Position numbers and translations under genes: made by a program
NCBI GenBank assembly: GCA_036172245.1
Contig: JAYWIR010000003.1
Location: 806,001-870,000 of the forward strand
Length of the DNA: 64,000 bases
Reading direction: 5' to 3'
Source of the DNA: Raillietiella orientalis
Taxonomy: Eukaryota
The notes under the pieces: model-generated
The model's database searches: none
What the model was told of the DNA's origin: nothing
What the model saw: only the letters and a program-made list of their open reading frames with translations
In this document: positions 13,076 through 26,490 of the stretch, piece after piece
How the letters are laid out: the number at the start of each line of letters is the position of its first letter
Position numbering within the stretch: the first letter of the stretch is position 1

Positions 13076-13899
13076 GATATGCCCGTCTCAACCTCCTCGT
13101 CTTTTGCCTTCCTTCCGCGAGCGGTTCCAGGAGAAGGGGACTCCTCGTTTCATGAGACAATAAAAACAAACAATCCGAATGCAGTGGCGGGCGAGGGAAG
13201 ATCGCTGATCTTCTCTGGATTGGTGGAAAGGCCCCACGCTCCTTTCGCCTCCGCCTCCCCCTTCCCTTTCACGGTTGAGCCAACCAGCTCCTTGCCACCC
13301 CCCTCCGGGATGACAGGAGCGTCCCTCTAGACTCCTGCCTGAAGGCTTCCCCGGGTAGCAGGATGCCGCTCGCAAGGCGGGGGCGGCTTCGGATGGGAGC
13401 ACCCCATCGTCTTGAGGACTCCATCGTCTCTTTCTCAGAGTTCCGGAATTCGCTGCCGCCGCTCCCTGCGGCCAACCGTTCCTCGGTCCCGGGAGCGCTC
13501 GTCGGAGAGACGCGTTTCCGTTTTGCTTCCTGCGCGTGCGCGCGCTGCAGCAGCCGAGTTCTTTCCGCAGGAAGGCGGAAGGGGTAAGGGGCGAGTCTGG
13601 CTGTCCCCGTGCGCTCCCGGCGCTTCCGCCGCCTCGCATCGATTCCGCTGCCGTTGCCAAATCTTCGGATTCTCGCTTTTATCATCTCCTCTGGACCGAG
13701 TTTCATCGCATCCGCGTTTTCCATTTGCGCGTGGTTATGACCCGTCAACATGGAAAGCCCGAGTGAAATGCAAACATCCGCGGGGTGATGTAAGCCGAAG
13801 AGATGAATTGGGATTGTCATCCGCATTGCAGATATTTGAGGGGGAAAGAGGAGGAGATGGAGGAAGGGAGCAGCGAGCTCCGCTAATGCTGCTTCATCT

Positions 13900-14870
13900 G
13901 AGCCGCTTCCTCCCAGCAGATCCGCCGTGCGCTGGAGCCTCCGTCACGATCGGTCCTGCATCCAGCTCCCCTCGATGGATCCTCCGGCTCTGCCACCGCC
14001 TGCATGCTCCCGGAAGCGCCTCTGCGCGGGATCTCCGGTCTGCAAGTGACGAGGCACTCCTCCGGGAGGAACGCGGTGTTCCTTGTACAGCACGGGGGCG
14101 GATACTGGCCCTCCGGGAAAAGGGGAGGCAGATGCGGTCTGTGGAGAGACCTCGGGCCGTTCCCTAGCGACGGGGGAGCGAGTGGGAGGAGTCGAATCCA
14201 CGCTGCTACTGCTGGCGCTCTCTCGCAGCAAGAGCTCCTAGAGGAGACGCTCGGACCCGGCGCGTGGCGACCTGGAAGGTCAACCTGCTTTCCATTCCGC
14301 TCGGAGGCGGCCCTCGGGCAGGCAGCACCATCCCGGAAGGATGTGAAGCGCGGATGGATCCCGAGATCAGGAGAGACTTACCGGCCTCCGCGTTCGGAAC
14401 CCTCACAGGGGCTCCCCAAGGGGGCGGACAAGCGGGCTGTCGAGTCCAGGATACGGTGCTCCTGAAAGAGCCTCATGCGAACGGTCACGGACAGGAGCCG
14501 CGCGCTGATCGCCTTGAGAGGGGTGTTCCGACCGCAATCCGGGAACTGCACGTTCCCGTCTTTCGGGAGGTCCGCCCCGCAGACGCGCTCCCGCCGGGTC
14601 GTTTCCGGAAAAAGGCAAGAGGAGGGGAGTATGACGCGAGGCAGTTCCGTCTGGAGCGTTTGTCGCGCCCCTCTGCCGATGGCGGTCCGAGGGGGGGTGT
14701 TCTCTGCCCCAAACAGGGGCCCAGAAGCCCGGAGATGGGGCGGCCCCCGGGCGCCTAGCGTCTCTGGTGGTCCCCTGTGCATCCGCCACCATCATCTCCA
14801 TTGTTGCCATCGCTACCGGAGCGAACTTTCGTGTTACGCAGCGTTCGTTCGTAGGGGAGGTGATTTTTTT
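13900..14870 (+). mobile_element. Heavily decayed LINE ORF2 3' fragment
   Basis: TLTGAPQGGGQAG (L-P-GGLG-like, ~14400) and ISIVAIATGANFRVTQRSFV, which parallels the C-terminus of the better-preserved copy at 17281-18480. Confidence 0.4.
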
Positions 14871-16989
14871 CGCCTCCGCAGCATGCTCCCCCTCTCCTAC
14901 GGAAGGTCCTCCTCTCTTCACACGGTGCCGGATTGCAGGGTGTGGTTGTCGATTCGGACAGCGACCTACTCCCTGCACCCCTGGCAGGTGTCCCAGAGAG
15001 TTGCATGGGTGTGGCGCAGACCGCCTCCCCGATACTGTCAGCGTTCTTTGTGCCGAAGGGGTGCAGACGCCTGCAGGGACCCCAACCCCTCGCCGTCGCC
15101 AAGGAGGAAAGGAGATCCAGACCACGATCTCCCCTCCCCTCTTCCCTGGGCCTGTGCTCTTGGTGCTGTGAGGATTCGTAAAGGAAGGGAGGAAGGGCAC
15201 TGGCGTCCCCCCTTCTCCCGGGAGCATCAAATCGAGCGTCCACCTTGGCTGGACTAGCCGGAGGTCACCGGATTCCCACTGCTGCTGCGTGGTCTTCTCC
15301 ATCCGCCTCCTAAGCTCGCCGTGTCGCTTCCTAGGGCGCAATGGCTGAGGTAAGGACTCTTCCCTGCGACTCCGAGACTCCCAGGATGGCGGTGGAACCA
15401 GCATCTTCCGAGACACCGACCGAAAGGGAAGGTCCGGGCAGACAGGAGGGCAGTCGAGGAGGAGGAAATCAGGGTGTACTGGAGCGATCTTTCGGGAAGC
15501 GCAAGTCCTGACGCAGATGCCTCCAGGACTCCGGCGAGCTGGAAGCGGTGCGGGGTTCCGGATGGGTGCGGGAGCCGAATGACCGGATGCTGCGGCCCCT
15601 TGGCCCGCTTTTCTCACAGCTAGACGAGAACGGATGCGTGAAGTCTGCCGGGAGTGCCCCTTCAAAACTCAGCAACGAGGCTCCATCCCGTAGGAGGAGG
15701 GGAGAGGGAACTGGCCACTGGCCCCGCCACTGGCCCTCCGGAGGATTCCGGGAGGGCGGGGTGCTGAGTCTGCCGCGGGGCCCACCCCGGGCAGAATGGA
15801 AGAGAGCGGAAGGAGGGCGGGCGGGTCGTGGAGCACTTGAGGAGGGAAACCACCTCCGTCCCCGCTATGCCCCACGGATAGGCGGCGGTGGCCAGAGATC
15901 AACAGAAAGCACCGCCTACAGCTGCCAAACCATGAGGTGTGGTCATGCTCCGTCCAGGAGCGGAGGGCACAGCGAGTTTTTCCCCTGACGCCGCGGACCA
16001 GCGACTTTCCCGCACGGGCAACGACAAGGCCCGCCCACTGGACGAGGGCTGGCCCTCCGTGTTCCCATCCATTTGCGGCCTTGGACCACTTTCCAGGCCA
16101 CGCGAGAATCGAGCTGTAACTCTCCTCCCTGCTCCCCATCCTTCCCTGATCGTCTGCTTTGCTATCCCTGCCAAGAGCACTTCCGGGAAAGAATTTTCTA
16201 GACTGCTTGGCGTTCCCAGGGCAGGTGGCGCTCTCACGCGGCGTGTTGGCTTGTCTTGCAGGAAGCGGTCGAGCAGGAAGCGGGAGTGGGTCGCGGGAAC
16301 CCTTCGATCAAACGGGGGGCAGGATTGGTTCCGAGAGGGGTGCCAACAGCGTCCGACAGGGCGAGGCGGTTTCCAGGGACGACCGGCGACGCGATCCCAG
16401 TCTGCGGCGGCGATCAGCCGGTATCACGCGATGGCGCCGCCGTGAAGCGCCGGGGACCCCTCTTGCTAGGCAAGAAGGGATGTTCGGCGGGCAAGCACTA
16501 CCAGAGATGCCAAGGAATGCGCGTCTTCCCGGAGTTCTCCCTCGAGATGGGAAGGAAGGGGGAAGGGCGTGATCAGATGAGCAGCAGCAGCAGCTGCTTG
16601 AGGCCGATCGTGGCGCCCCCGCGCCTGGGATGGGCACGGGGACGGGAACACCTTGCTCCGTCTCTCCCGAAGGTCGACTTGTGGTTGTGGAACCCGCGCT
16701 CATTCCGTGATGCAGGGGAGGAGACCCTGGAGAGACGGAAGAGTCCAAAGGCAACCGAAAGGGGGAGGGGAAGGAAAGAAAGGAGTAGGAAGAAACTCGA
16801 CCGCGCGTTGAAACGACCGCCTGACCTACTGACGTTGTCCTCCCTTGCATCGAGGTGCTGCCAGGACACGATCCCGTGTCCGAAAAAAAGAGGGAAAAAG
16901 GAAAGGCGCACGTGGGCACAGAAAGCAGTGGGGTCGATGCCGGGAACGTCACAGGTGTGCCAAGTTTGTCACCCGGTCACGCCGGGGCG

Positions 16990-18480
16990 TTTATTAATAA
17001 TAATAAACTGGTCAGGGACAATGTCCCCAACCAACAGAACGACAGGGAACAGAGAGAAATTCCCGGCCCGCAGGCCTGGTAAACAAACCGCTCGCAACGT
17101 GGGAGGAATAAGGGGATAACAAACAAAAATACAAAAACTGGAGGGAAGGGTAACGGGTCTTTGGTTAGGCTCCGTACTCACGGGGATTCAAACAGGGAGC
17201 ACCTGAAATGTTCCGGAGCCTATTGGGAGGCGGGTGTGAAAAGAAAATACAAAATCAGTTCATGGAGGGTAGGGCAATGATCACCGGGTTGGCCGCTGCT
17301 GAGCTTGTGTAAACCGGCGGTGTATTTCGGCGAGATTCCTTTTTGACTCCTCTGTCAAATGAAGCCATCTAGCGGCTGCTTCCATGTAGAGGGATGCTTT
17401 GCCGATTACCTCTTGGTGCTGCCCGTTTATTACCAACGCCTGGCGGACTGAAACTATTGCGCGTATGCAACCGATGGTTGCAATCCTTGCGCTTAGGGAC
17501 AGCCCGCTCGGCGTGAAGAATCGTCGCAGCAAGTCTCTTGCGGTATCCACGGGATGCATTAGTGCTGTTGTCAGCCTGCGCCACGTTCCTTGTAGGACAC
17601 CGCAGTCCAGAAGTAGGTGCGGGATCGACTCCGTCGACCCGCACCGAACGCAGTTCGCAGATGCAAGTCCCCCGGAGTCTCGATGCCAACGCTCGTTGCA
17701 CTGAAAACCCCAGTGAACGAAAAGCAGCACGGCTTGTTTCCAAGCAAGAGGGAACAGCGAACTGTCAACACACTGTGGAGGGACTACAAGTTCTTCGGGG
17801 GTGACAGCAAGTTCTTCTGCCCACCGGAGGAGTCCCTTTGAAGTAGAACGAGGAGTGGCGGCGTCCGCCAAATCACTCATCTTCCAGGCGCCAAGGAGTT
17901 TCGTCTTCCCCGCTATCGTGCAGGAAACCTCCCACCTCACCGGTTGGCAACTGTCGCTTCTTGCCCTGAGGGCAGACAGCGCTGCGGCGAGAGGCGTGGC
18001 AGGCAGGGTAGAAAACTTCACCTCGTCCTGCAGTACTTCTTCCAAAGATCGCAGAAGAAGATGGCGCAGGGGGCGAAGATCTTCAGGGCGCATTCCTTGG
18101 AACGCCGCCCAGGATTCAACAGACTCCTGCCGCCAAGCTTCGAAGTTCATTGGGCGGCAGGAGATCCACGAATGGGCTTCCAGAAGTGCGGTCAACTGCC
18201 GCAATGGAAGCCCAAAACCTCGCTTCGTGTATTGGGTGCCCGGCAAAAGCGAGAGCAGTCCTCCGCTGCCGGCGCATCTCCGCAGGAGAATGCGTGCAGG
18301 CACACACACCCCTGTGTGTGCCTGGATGTCCACTGCCGGGCACACAGTGCCAGCAGTCGGAACTGCACCTGCAGTCCGATTCGCTCCATTGTCAGGATAC
18401 CCAAACCAAAATCCCGACGTGGAGCAGCCAAATCTTTAAGGCGAATCCTGGATAGGTGTGCCAAGTGGAGCGCCTTCACG
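16990..18480 (-). mobile_element. Best-preserved L1/Tx1-like LINE copy: 5'-truncated ORF2 C-terminus plus probable 3' UTR
   Basis: RIRLKDLAAPRRDFGLGI (~18400-18450), one frame change, then a 354-codon open frame with a CCHC knuckle CVRCGSTESIPHLLLDC (~17600-17652) and a stop at 17281. A T-rich trailer and AATAAA follow on the minus strand at ~16990. Confidence 0.85.
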
Positions 18481-18919
18481 TGCGCATCCGCTCAGGGACT
18501 CCTTTGAGCACTCACACGTGCATGCATGCACACGCCTGCCCGCGCGAACGCGCCGCCACCGAAGGCTACGCGGGAGGTATCAGCGCGCTTCCCGCCCTGC
18601 TTTCTGCCCCATCGGCGTCGCTCCTGGAGCCCCGGGTACATTCCTTTTCCTCCTTTCAGAGATTTGTGGCGCTGCCCCCCCTCGCGTCGCCAAGGAGCCG
18701 CCGGTGGTGGCGCTTCCTGCTCCCCTTCTGACAGTCGTCCCGTTTCCTCAACGACCCCCCTTTCCAGCGAGTCCATCCCTTCTTCCCATCTTCCTCCCCC
18801 CCCTCACCCCTTTCCCGGCCCAGCTGTGCGAGCGCGCCGACTCTCCTCGCCGTCCAGAGAGCTGGTCGCCCTTTGGCGCGCCCACCTGGGAACCCGCCCT
18901 GAGGTCAGAAGGATGAGCG

Positions 18920-19450
18920 GAGAGAACCGTCCCGGCGCGCATTCCTCTCCTCGCCACACACCCCGGGAGAGGAAAGGGGGACCCCTGGATAGCGATGCAG
19001 CACGCACAGCCTCGGCGGACTCCAGACGGAGCTGGAGGGAAGGGGAGGGTTGGCCCTCGAGGCCGAAGGAGTTCGTACGAGCAACACGCGGTGGATCCCA
19101 CGCAAATCACGCGTTGTACCTCACGCGCAGGTTACCCCTATCCCCCGCCGTGCCATGTGGGGCGGCCTCCCTGCTTCCCCGAGAGGCCGCACGGGGTCAC
19201 TCTACCGCGCTCCCCGCGGGGGGAGCCGGACCAGCGTCCCAATTCCGCGCGGATCGGCCTTCACTACGCTTCCGTTTCGGCTCCCTGCTCTCCCGGAGCG
19301 CGGGCCTCCCCTGCTTGTCCCATCTACCCTGAAAGGGGGGCATGTGGTCAGCGATCCAGCTGAGGGGACGTGCAACGTGCTCAGCCACGTCTCCCCCTTG
19401 ATGGCAGCGGTGCAGGATGGAGGAGGTGGGGCATCTCCGCGCATCCCTCT
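18920..19450 (+). mobile_element. Decayed LINE RT C-terminal fragment
   Basis: NHALYLTRRLPL and VSPLMAAVQDGGGG occur in the order expected downstream of the RT core. Confidence 0.4.
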
Positions 19451-19779
19451 CCCTCCCCGACCTTCTTGCTACGGGCCGACTGCCAGTTTTCATAGTTTCA
19501 CCTTTTCTTTCCTTCTGCTCCGGCCTTCTCTAAGAATTTTGGCAGGTGGAAGGGAGAGAGAGGGGAGGAGTGGCCCTTGAGGGTACCCCGGAGCCGGAGC
19601 CAGCCCCTTCTCTTCCCAGCTCGCCCACTGGAAGCTGGTCTTTCTCCTCTTCCCGGAGCAGGAAGGAGGCGAAGGTTCCGGGATTGTTGGCGCTGTCGAG
19701 GGAACGCGTAGTGGCTGGAAGAAGGGTCCACCGCGCGCCTCCGTGTCCCACCGGAGTCGGAAGGAAGGAAAGGAGAGAG

Positions 19780-20640
19780 GCGGAGGTGAATGACCGCACT
19801 TCCCCTCGCAAAGGTTACGGGAAGCACCGCACCCATGCCGGAAGCTCCCCCTGCTTGCCTTCTCCCAGAGCGCCAACTCTCCCCGAAGGGAGAGCCGAGG
19901 CTCCAGCGGGGAGAGCGCCCGTCTCTCCGCGGCTCCGGTGGCAGCCACCGGGAAGCCCCACCCTTTGGCGGCCCGCACCCGTCCCTTGGAGTAGACACCG
20001 GGGAGAGCGCGGAGGATTCCAAGGGTCCCCTTCACGGAAGAGATCCCAGGGTCAGTGGGAGGATGTTCTGCGGCGGAGGGAGCCAGATGGAAGGGAAGAA
20101 GGCGGAACGAAACGAAGCGCCTCGATGGGAGCGCCCCCTCTCCGGAGTGCCTCCGGGTGCACTCGCTTCCCCTCGTGAGCTTCCCCTCCCGGTGCTCGCG
20201 CGGGCGGGGCAGGGCGCTCGCACGTCTTTATGGGACTGTTCCGGAAGGGGGGGATCGAACGGGCGCGCTCCCTTCGGGAGCGCGCGATCCTCCCTCTTAG
20301 AAAGGGGGAGGGAGCACCGAGGGACGCCGCGTCTTCCTCTTCCCCACTCCTCCACAGCTTCCACGTGGCTTCACACGCAGCAGGAATCGGAACCGCCAGG
20401 CGAGGGAGGAGGGAAGGAGAGAGTTCGACTGGGAGCTCGCCTCCCTTGCTCTGCCTGTCTCCTTCTGGAGGCCTGTGGTCTGTCGGTCTTCTGGGAGGAC
20501 GATGGACTTGTCGAAAAAAGGTGCGGGAACTCCTCCGCAGGCGACGGGTTCTTCCGTCTCTCCCGCCGCCCTTTTCTGGACGCATGCGTTCTCCACCGGG
20601 GATCCCGGAGTCCAACGCCCCCCTCCGCGCAGCGGCGGCG
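19780..20640 (-). mobile_element. Decayed LINE RT fragment
   Basis: Minus-strand motif order: SIVLPED, RSIPPFRNSPIK (RPISLLN-YK-like), GRSH (GRSI-like), RGSFRHGCGAS (RGVRQGCPLS-like). Confidence 0.5.
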
Positions 20641-23600
20641 CCTCAAGCAGCCGGTGGTGACGTCAGAGTCGCCAGGACGCCCGTCGCTCTCTCTTTCCCC
20701 TTCCCGCTCTCAGTGTGGAGGCAGGAAGGGTAGGGAGGAAAGGAAGGCACAGACGCTGTAAGGCGCGACCCCTGAGGGAAGCTTCCAGGAGGAAGCTGCG
20801 GGTCGGGCTCGGCCTTTCAGACCGGTGCCCTGCTTCGACGGGACCACGGCACCCTCTCGACCAGCTGGGGAGGAGGGAGGAGGAAGTCGTCGCCCCAGCG
20901 CTCACGCAACCGAACGAGGTAGTCCACGGCTCTTCTCCGCGAAAGAGGGGACAAAAGGCGGAGAACGGCAGGAAAGGGGAGGGGCGACGGAGGAACGGGA
21001 CTGCCCCACCCTTTCCTCCCTTCTTTCCCCTCCCTGCATCACCCTGCCCTACTGGCCGTTGTTCATGATCCTTTCTTTGCATCTGTTCCTCCACTCTCTC
21101 TGGCCACGCTCGTGAACGTTGGAGGTCGAAGGTTGCCTCAACCCATCAATGAATCCGGAGGATGCTTCCCCGCTCCTGCTCTCTCTCCTTCTGTTTTTAC
21201 CTCCCTGAATCCACGCGGAGTCCCCTTTTTCGGGCAACGGAAAGAAGGAGGAGGAAAAAGAAAAGGTCGTCACCGTCATCCCCTCTGCGGGGCAGGACTG
21301 AGGGGGTGGTCAGAAGTGGGGAGCGAACAACCTCGGGGGAAGCCACCTTCCGTCAACCTGCGCTCCCAGCCTCGGAGAAAAGGGGGGAGCGAACACTCCC
21401 TAGGGAGTCCGGACATCACCTCTGTACCATCACCCCCGGATCTCACCAAGACAGCTGCCCTCTGGTGCTTTTCTCCACCTCCGCCCACCTGCACGGGAAG
21501 TTCATCTGTCCTGAAGCAGGAGGCACGCTAGTCGCCGCGAGGATGGTGGACCTCTCCTCCACCTGAAAAGACAAACGCCAGGTGCCAGGATTCAATCTTA
21601 CTTCTTACATCCACCGAATAGCGCAGCTACAGGGAAGCACCTCCCTAAGGACAACCGTTTCCGGGGAAGCAACAAAAAAGCTTCGCGACGTTTCGTTACT
21701 CTTGTTCCCGGATCCCGTTGCCTCTTTTTGGTCGCACGCCGTTACCCTTCCAAGGAGCCCAATTGCGCGACCGTCTACCGTGGGGTTCAGTAGTAAGCTG
21801 GCGGCTTCGGGGACGTTCCCGAGATGGCAGGGTGCTCAGCTAGCAGCGCCTCCGGACAGGAAGCGAAGGGGAGTATGCGGTGCCATCAACCTGTGAGATG
21901 GGACATCCCAACGCCTCACCAGGAACTAGAGAAGATCTGATTCGCAGATCCAGCGCTCCGGGTTGGCAAGGCGCGAAGTGCGAGCAGGAATGGAGAGAGT
22001 GACCCTTGCTCGGAAGCAGTGGGTCAACCAGTCCTCATGACGATACCATTTCGGACTCATCACGACCAACTCCGTTCTTAATCAGGAAGCCAGGTGCTTG
22101 AAGATAATCTCTTATGTTCCTTCTTTCATGGAGGCCGTTGCTTTGGTAACGGTCCCTCTTAACGAAAAACCGAATGAAGCAACTCCGGGTTTTCTAGGAT
22201 GTGGATGCTCACAGCGTCCTTTGATTGGACTTGGATTCTTCCTGCTTCAAATTACTGATGCGTTCGTAATTTTCAATCAGTATCTTGAAATGCGAACAAA
22301 AATCCGTTTTTATGGCCTTATTGGTTTTACCTTCATCTCAACAGAAGACATCTGGACTAATCAGAAGGCACAGGGACCAGAGGCGAAGACTAGTGACTGT
22401 AAATCAAACACATGATTATGATTTACGATTCGTTTCGGCTCTGGGATGTGGCCCTGATGCTTTTGTTTCTGTTTCGAACCGCACCTTGCGTATGGATAAA
22501 GTTCATTTACAAGAACCAAGGAGCCCCTCTTCGACTGATCCCTTCCCACTTCAGCTGAGTGCTCAACGCCGACACGCACGTGCAATTAGCAAGCAAAATA
22601 GGAAGAATTGTTAGGCTTCCAGTTTGTTTTGTCAAAGATTTTTCCTTGACGGTCCGCCGAATGCACTTTTCGACTTGGAAATCAAAGCAGCAGTTTCGGT
22701 ATTCTTTACCTCAGACAATTCTGGAACGAGTTCTAATAAGATGCCTGGGTAATAGACAAAGGTATGAAGAGCGATTAGTTCGGAATTGGATCAATTCCCG
22801 AATCTTTTATTTCCCTCGAGTCTTCCTTTCTCCCGGCTGCTGTGCGCTCTGGCAGGCGTGTCGCACAGGCGCGCGCGCTTGGAAGTCCCGCTGCGGGCGT
22901 ACACGCTAACTTAGGCTTACTGCGATGTGGAAGTGGTTGCTCTCGTGTGGACGGTCAGTGCAACGGGGAAGTGCGGTGCTCGGCAGTGGACGTCCAGGAG
23001 ATTACGGGCGACGCGACCCCCTTTTTTTTTTTTTTCCTCCTCTCATTTAGAGTCACAACTTCATGTTTTCTTTTGTGTGCAGCTTTATTCGTTTTTGTTA
23101 GGACCATGCAGAATTTCAGTTGCTCTTTTTGTTGAGTGCGGTTTTTTTGTCTTTTTTCAGTACGGATGCCGTATGAGCGAGTTCTTTGCTTTTGTAGAGC
23201 CTGTTTTTTTGCCAAACTTTTCAAAGTAGCACCTTTTGTGTTGCAAAAATGCATTTTGTGAGTGTAGCGTTCACTTTGCTTTACAAAACTGTTCTATAAA
23301 ACCAGTTTTCATCATGATACATCGTTTTCTCCTTTCATTTCTGTATGTGGTAAGTATGTGGTAGTCATATGAATTCATATAAACATATAAGCATGAGAAG
23401 CATGATTTTAGGATGTAGAACTGTTAATTCATTATGTTGTGCCTTGGAGGTACCAAATCTGATTGAATCCAATTCTGTTATTGATGTACAAAATGAGAAC
23501 CTCATCCTCACATCAACAAAAATCCTTCTGTGAAACCTTGTGACTGTTCTAGAGAATATGATAAAGTTATGCATCGGAATCATTTGTTTCCACACATCCA

Positions 23601-26149
23601 TCAAATTGCCAGTTGTCTGCTGAGTTTTGAATTGCACACTTTAATTCCTATGAATTAATAGTTTTGTGAACTTGGCCTGAAAGGAGAGCCATCAACTCTT
23701 TAAGTGCTCCCAAAATCGTTATTCTGATGCAACATTGCATAATTTATTGTGTCAGGCTTTTTATCAATGACTTGTAATCGCAGTAAAGGTTTTTCTTTGC
23801 ATTACCTTTGTTCCAATGGTCAATGAAAAATGAGATGTGATGGTAGCAGCCTTTTTCTTTCCAGTCTCCTTTCTTGCTTCTTCAGCAGGTTCAACCTCCA
23901 AAGTTATGTTATAGGGATTGCCTCTTCACCTGAAAATACACTTGCAGTTTAGAAGCAGATGCTGCTGAAACACAGTGAACAAGTTAATTTTTTGTTTCTA
24001 CATGCAGATATCCTAGTTTAAAAAAAAAATTACAAGCTGTCTTGTAGCCCTCATCTGCAAAAAGTGCTTTGCTCCTGCATTTTGTGAAAAATCGCATGTA
24101 TCATTTCCACGGGTCATAGAGGACAATTCAAGAAAAGATGTAAAAAAAAAAAAAAAGAAATGCCATTTTTCAAAAGAACGTTTCTATAAAGAACTCTTTG
24201 AAATGTTGTTCCTTTGGACAGCTGGTAATCCGAAAATAAAATATTGTAGTTAGAAAAAAAGCATCCCAGTTCCGACCTAGTTGACAGTTTCGATGCATAA
24301 ACTAAAGTAATGTGGCTTTAGTAACAAATTTTTCATAAAGGAGGGATCCGGGATGCGCGTTCGCCTTTCTCAGAGTTTGACTTTATCCGGATATTTCCTA
24401 CACCCTATGGACACCCCAAGATCTTTCGAAATAAAGGACCATAGTTTCCTCGAACAAGGTGCTTGCTAATCCAAGCTCCAATCTCCAAGATTTCTTCCTT
24501 TAAAAAGGAAAGCTTGGGAGAGACCTCGCTCGTTTCCTCCATGTGTGTGTAATCATTGCTCGAAGAACGATAGTAATAGTATTAAATTGGGATTTTTTCG
24601 CTCGTTTTTGTGTATGCAAAGATGCCGTGACCCCCCTTTGAAGGGGTATTTGGTTGGAAGCTCATTAAGATGTGTTGCTATTTGATACAACTAATGCGGG
24701 GAAACGTTCCCGATCTGCATGTAACGGGAAAACGGCGGCGAGCGTAGCAGCTGTTGTAAACTTCCTGTTCGGGAAGTTCGGGAGTGGCACAAGGGATGCA
24801 GTGCGTATCCCTCCCTCCATCGCTCATTTTTTCAGTACTCCCCGTGTTTTTGTGTGTGTGTGTGTCTGTGTGTGTCTCTTGAAAGCAGCGTCCGCTAGTG
24901 GTCCACATCTCGGGAGTCTGCGGCTCTGCCTTCCGGGCCCAACGTTTTCCAAGTGAACGTACATAACTCGTGCACGTACTTGGTGTCTTGCATTTTCGAT
25001 GTACGCAGCAGTTTTCAATTTTTTTACGACCACCAGTATTGATGCTCAGTACAAACGGCATTTGTTCGCAGTACAGCGAAAAATAATGCCACCTTCGTGG
25101 TTTTTCCTTTTTGTGCTCCTGCGGAACGCATGTGCTTCTTCTGCACCATATGAAAAATCTCAAGCACAGTCTTCCAAGAAGTCACGTCTTTGAGCACAGT
25201 GTCAACTTTTTTTTTTTTTTTTGTCTTTTTTTCATACGGAAGTGCTAAAAGCATAGCACGTCTCATCAAGAACAACCACAAAAAAAAGGGAATGCGTATT
25301 ATAAGAATACCGAAAGACCGAAAAGAGCGTGGTGTGTGGGACGAAACCGACTTTGGATGGCGCAGGCAGAGGAAACGAGGAGGGGGAGGGCTCTTGAAGG
25401 TGCACAGCCAGCTGAACTTGCGAGTCCTTCTCAGAAGGCTCGGTACGTCTTCTAAGGCAGTTGTGACCAAGAACAGCAAGGCTTCCCAGTAGGCATGTCT
25501 AGGTCGGCGAGAGCCGTGGCGTACCGTACACTGGTTTCGTCTGCGATCTATAGGTGCCTTCCCGGGAGTAATTTGGTACGCGGGCTGAAACTGCTTTGAA
25601 GCTGGATGGGCACGTCTTCGCAAATGAGATTGGGAGGCACAAACACCGATGTTCGCTTGTTTGCGTTTACCCCTCCCCCCCATCAGACAAACTTTAGGCA
25701 GACAAGGAATCACTTTAGTCCGCTGGCTGATTGTAAAAATTCAATAAAAATTGAGATGAGGGTCTAGCAAATTCGCAGCCTCTGTAAATAAGTGTGTTTA
25801 GTAGATGGAGTCATGGGAAGTCTCCGATGCAAGCGTCCCCATAAAATGTGAAACTTGTCGCACTTTTAGTACGAAATCACGGCGGTCTTTTGGAAGTGTT
25901 ATTGGTCGTAACACTTAACACTGAATTCGAAAGTGGGGACCAACTGGAAGGTTGGAACATTAGCCCAAAAGCCTATTTTCGTGAGTTTCATTCAACAGCA
26001 TGAGTCTCCTCGGAAAGTTTTCGGAGCGGTGGGAATGCACAAAATGCAGAATTGGGACCAAAACTATAAACACTGTAATCAACGTATTCAATGCCCAATG
26101 AATCTTTATGGGAAAAAATTGTAGGAATTCGTCCTTGGAATGCAAGAAA

Positions 26150-26490
26150 CATGAATAATGAATGGCTCACTACGTTATTCAAGACGCTGTACCAGTTGCA
26201 TTAAAGTAAACGAAACTACGCATCCGAAGGATGCTGTACCGAACGCATCTGAAGTACGCGGATCACGAACCGAAGGAAATGGTTTCTCTTGGTCTTTAAG
26301 AGCTGATGGGAAGATTGAGTAACAAATTCTATTCCAATTCATTCGGATTTTATAAACAAGGGAAAAATCAATCGTCTGTTAGCAGCCATGATGAGCACAG
26401 GACTTGTACAGACAGTTATCGATTATTGTGTAATTTGAATTCAATCAATGAACTGAGAACAGATAATCTTCCTCCGTTATTATGGGAGGA
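26150..26490 (+). mobile_element. Possible internally deleted mariner remnant
   Basis: DAV.ER..RKWF (N-terminal HTH-like, ~26230-26286) is followed directly by KFYSNSFGFYKQG (C-terminal FY..GI-like). No clear ITRs found. Confidence 0.3.
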
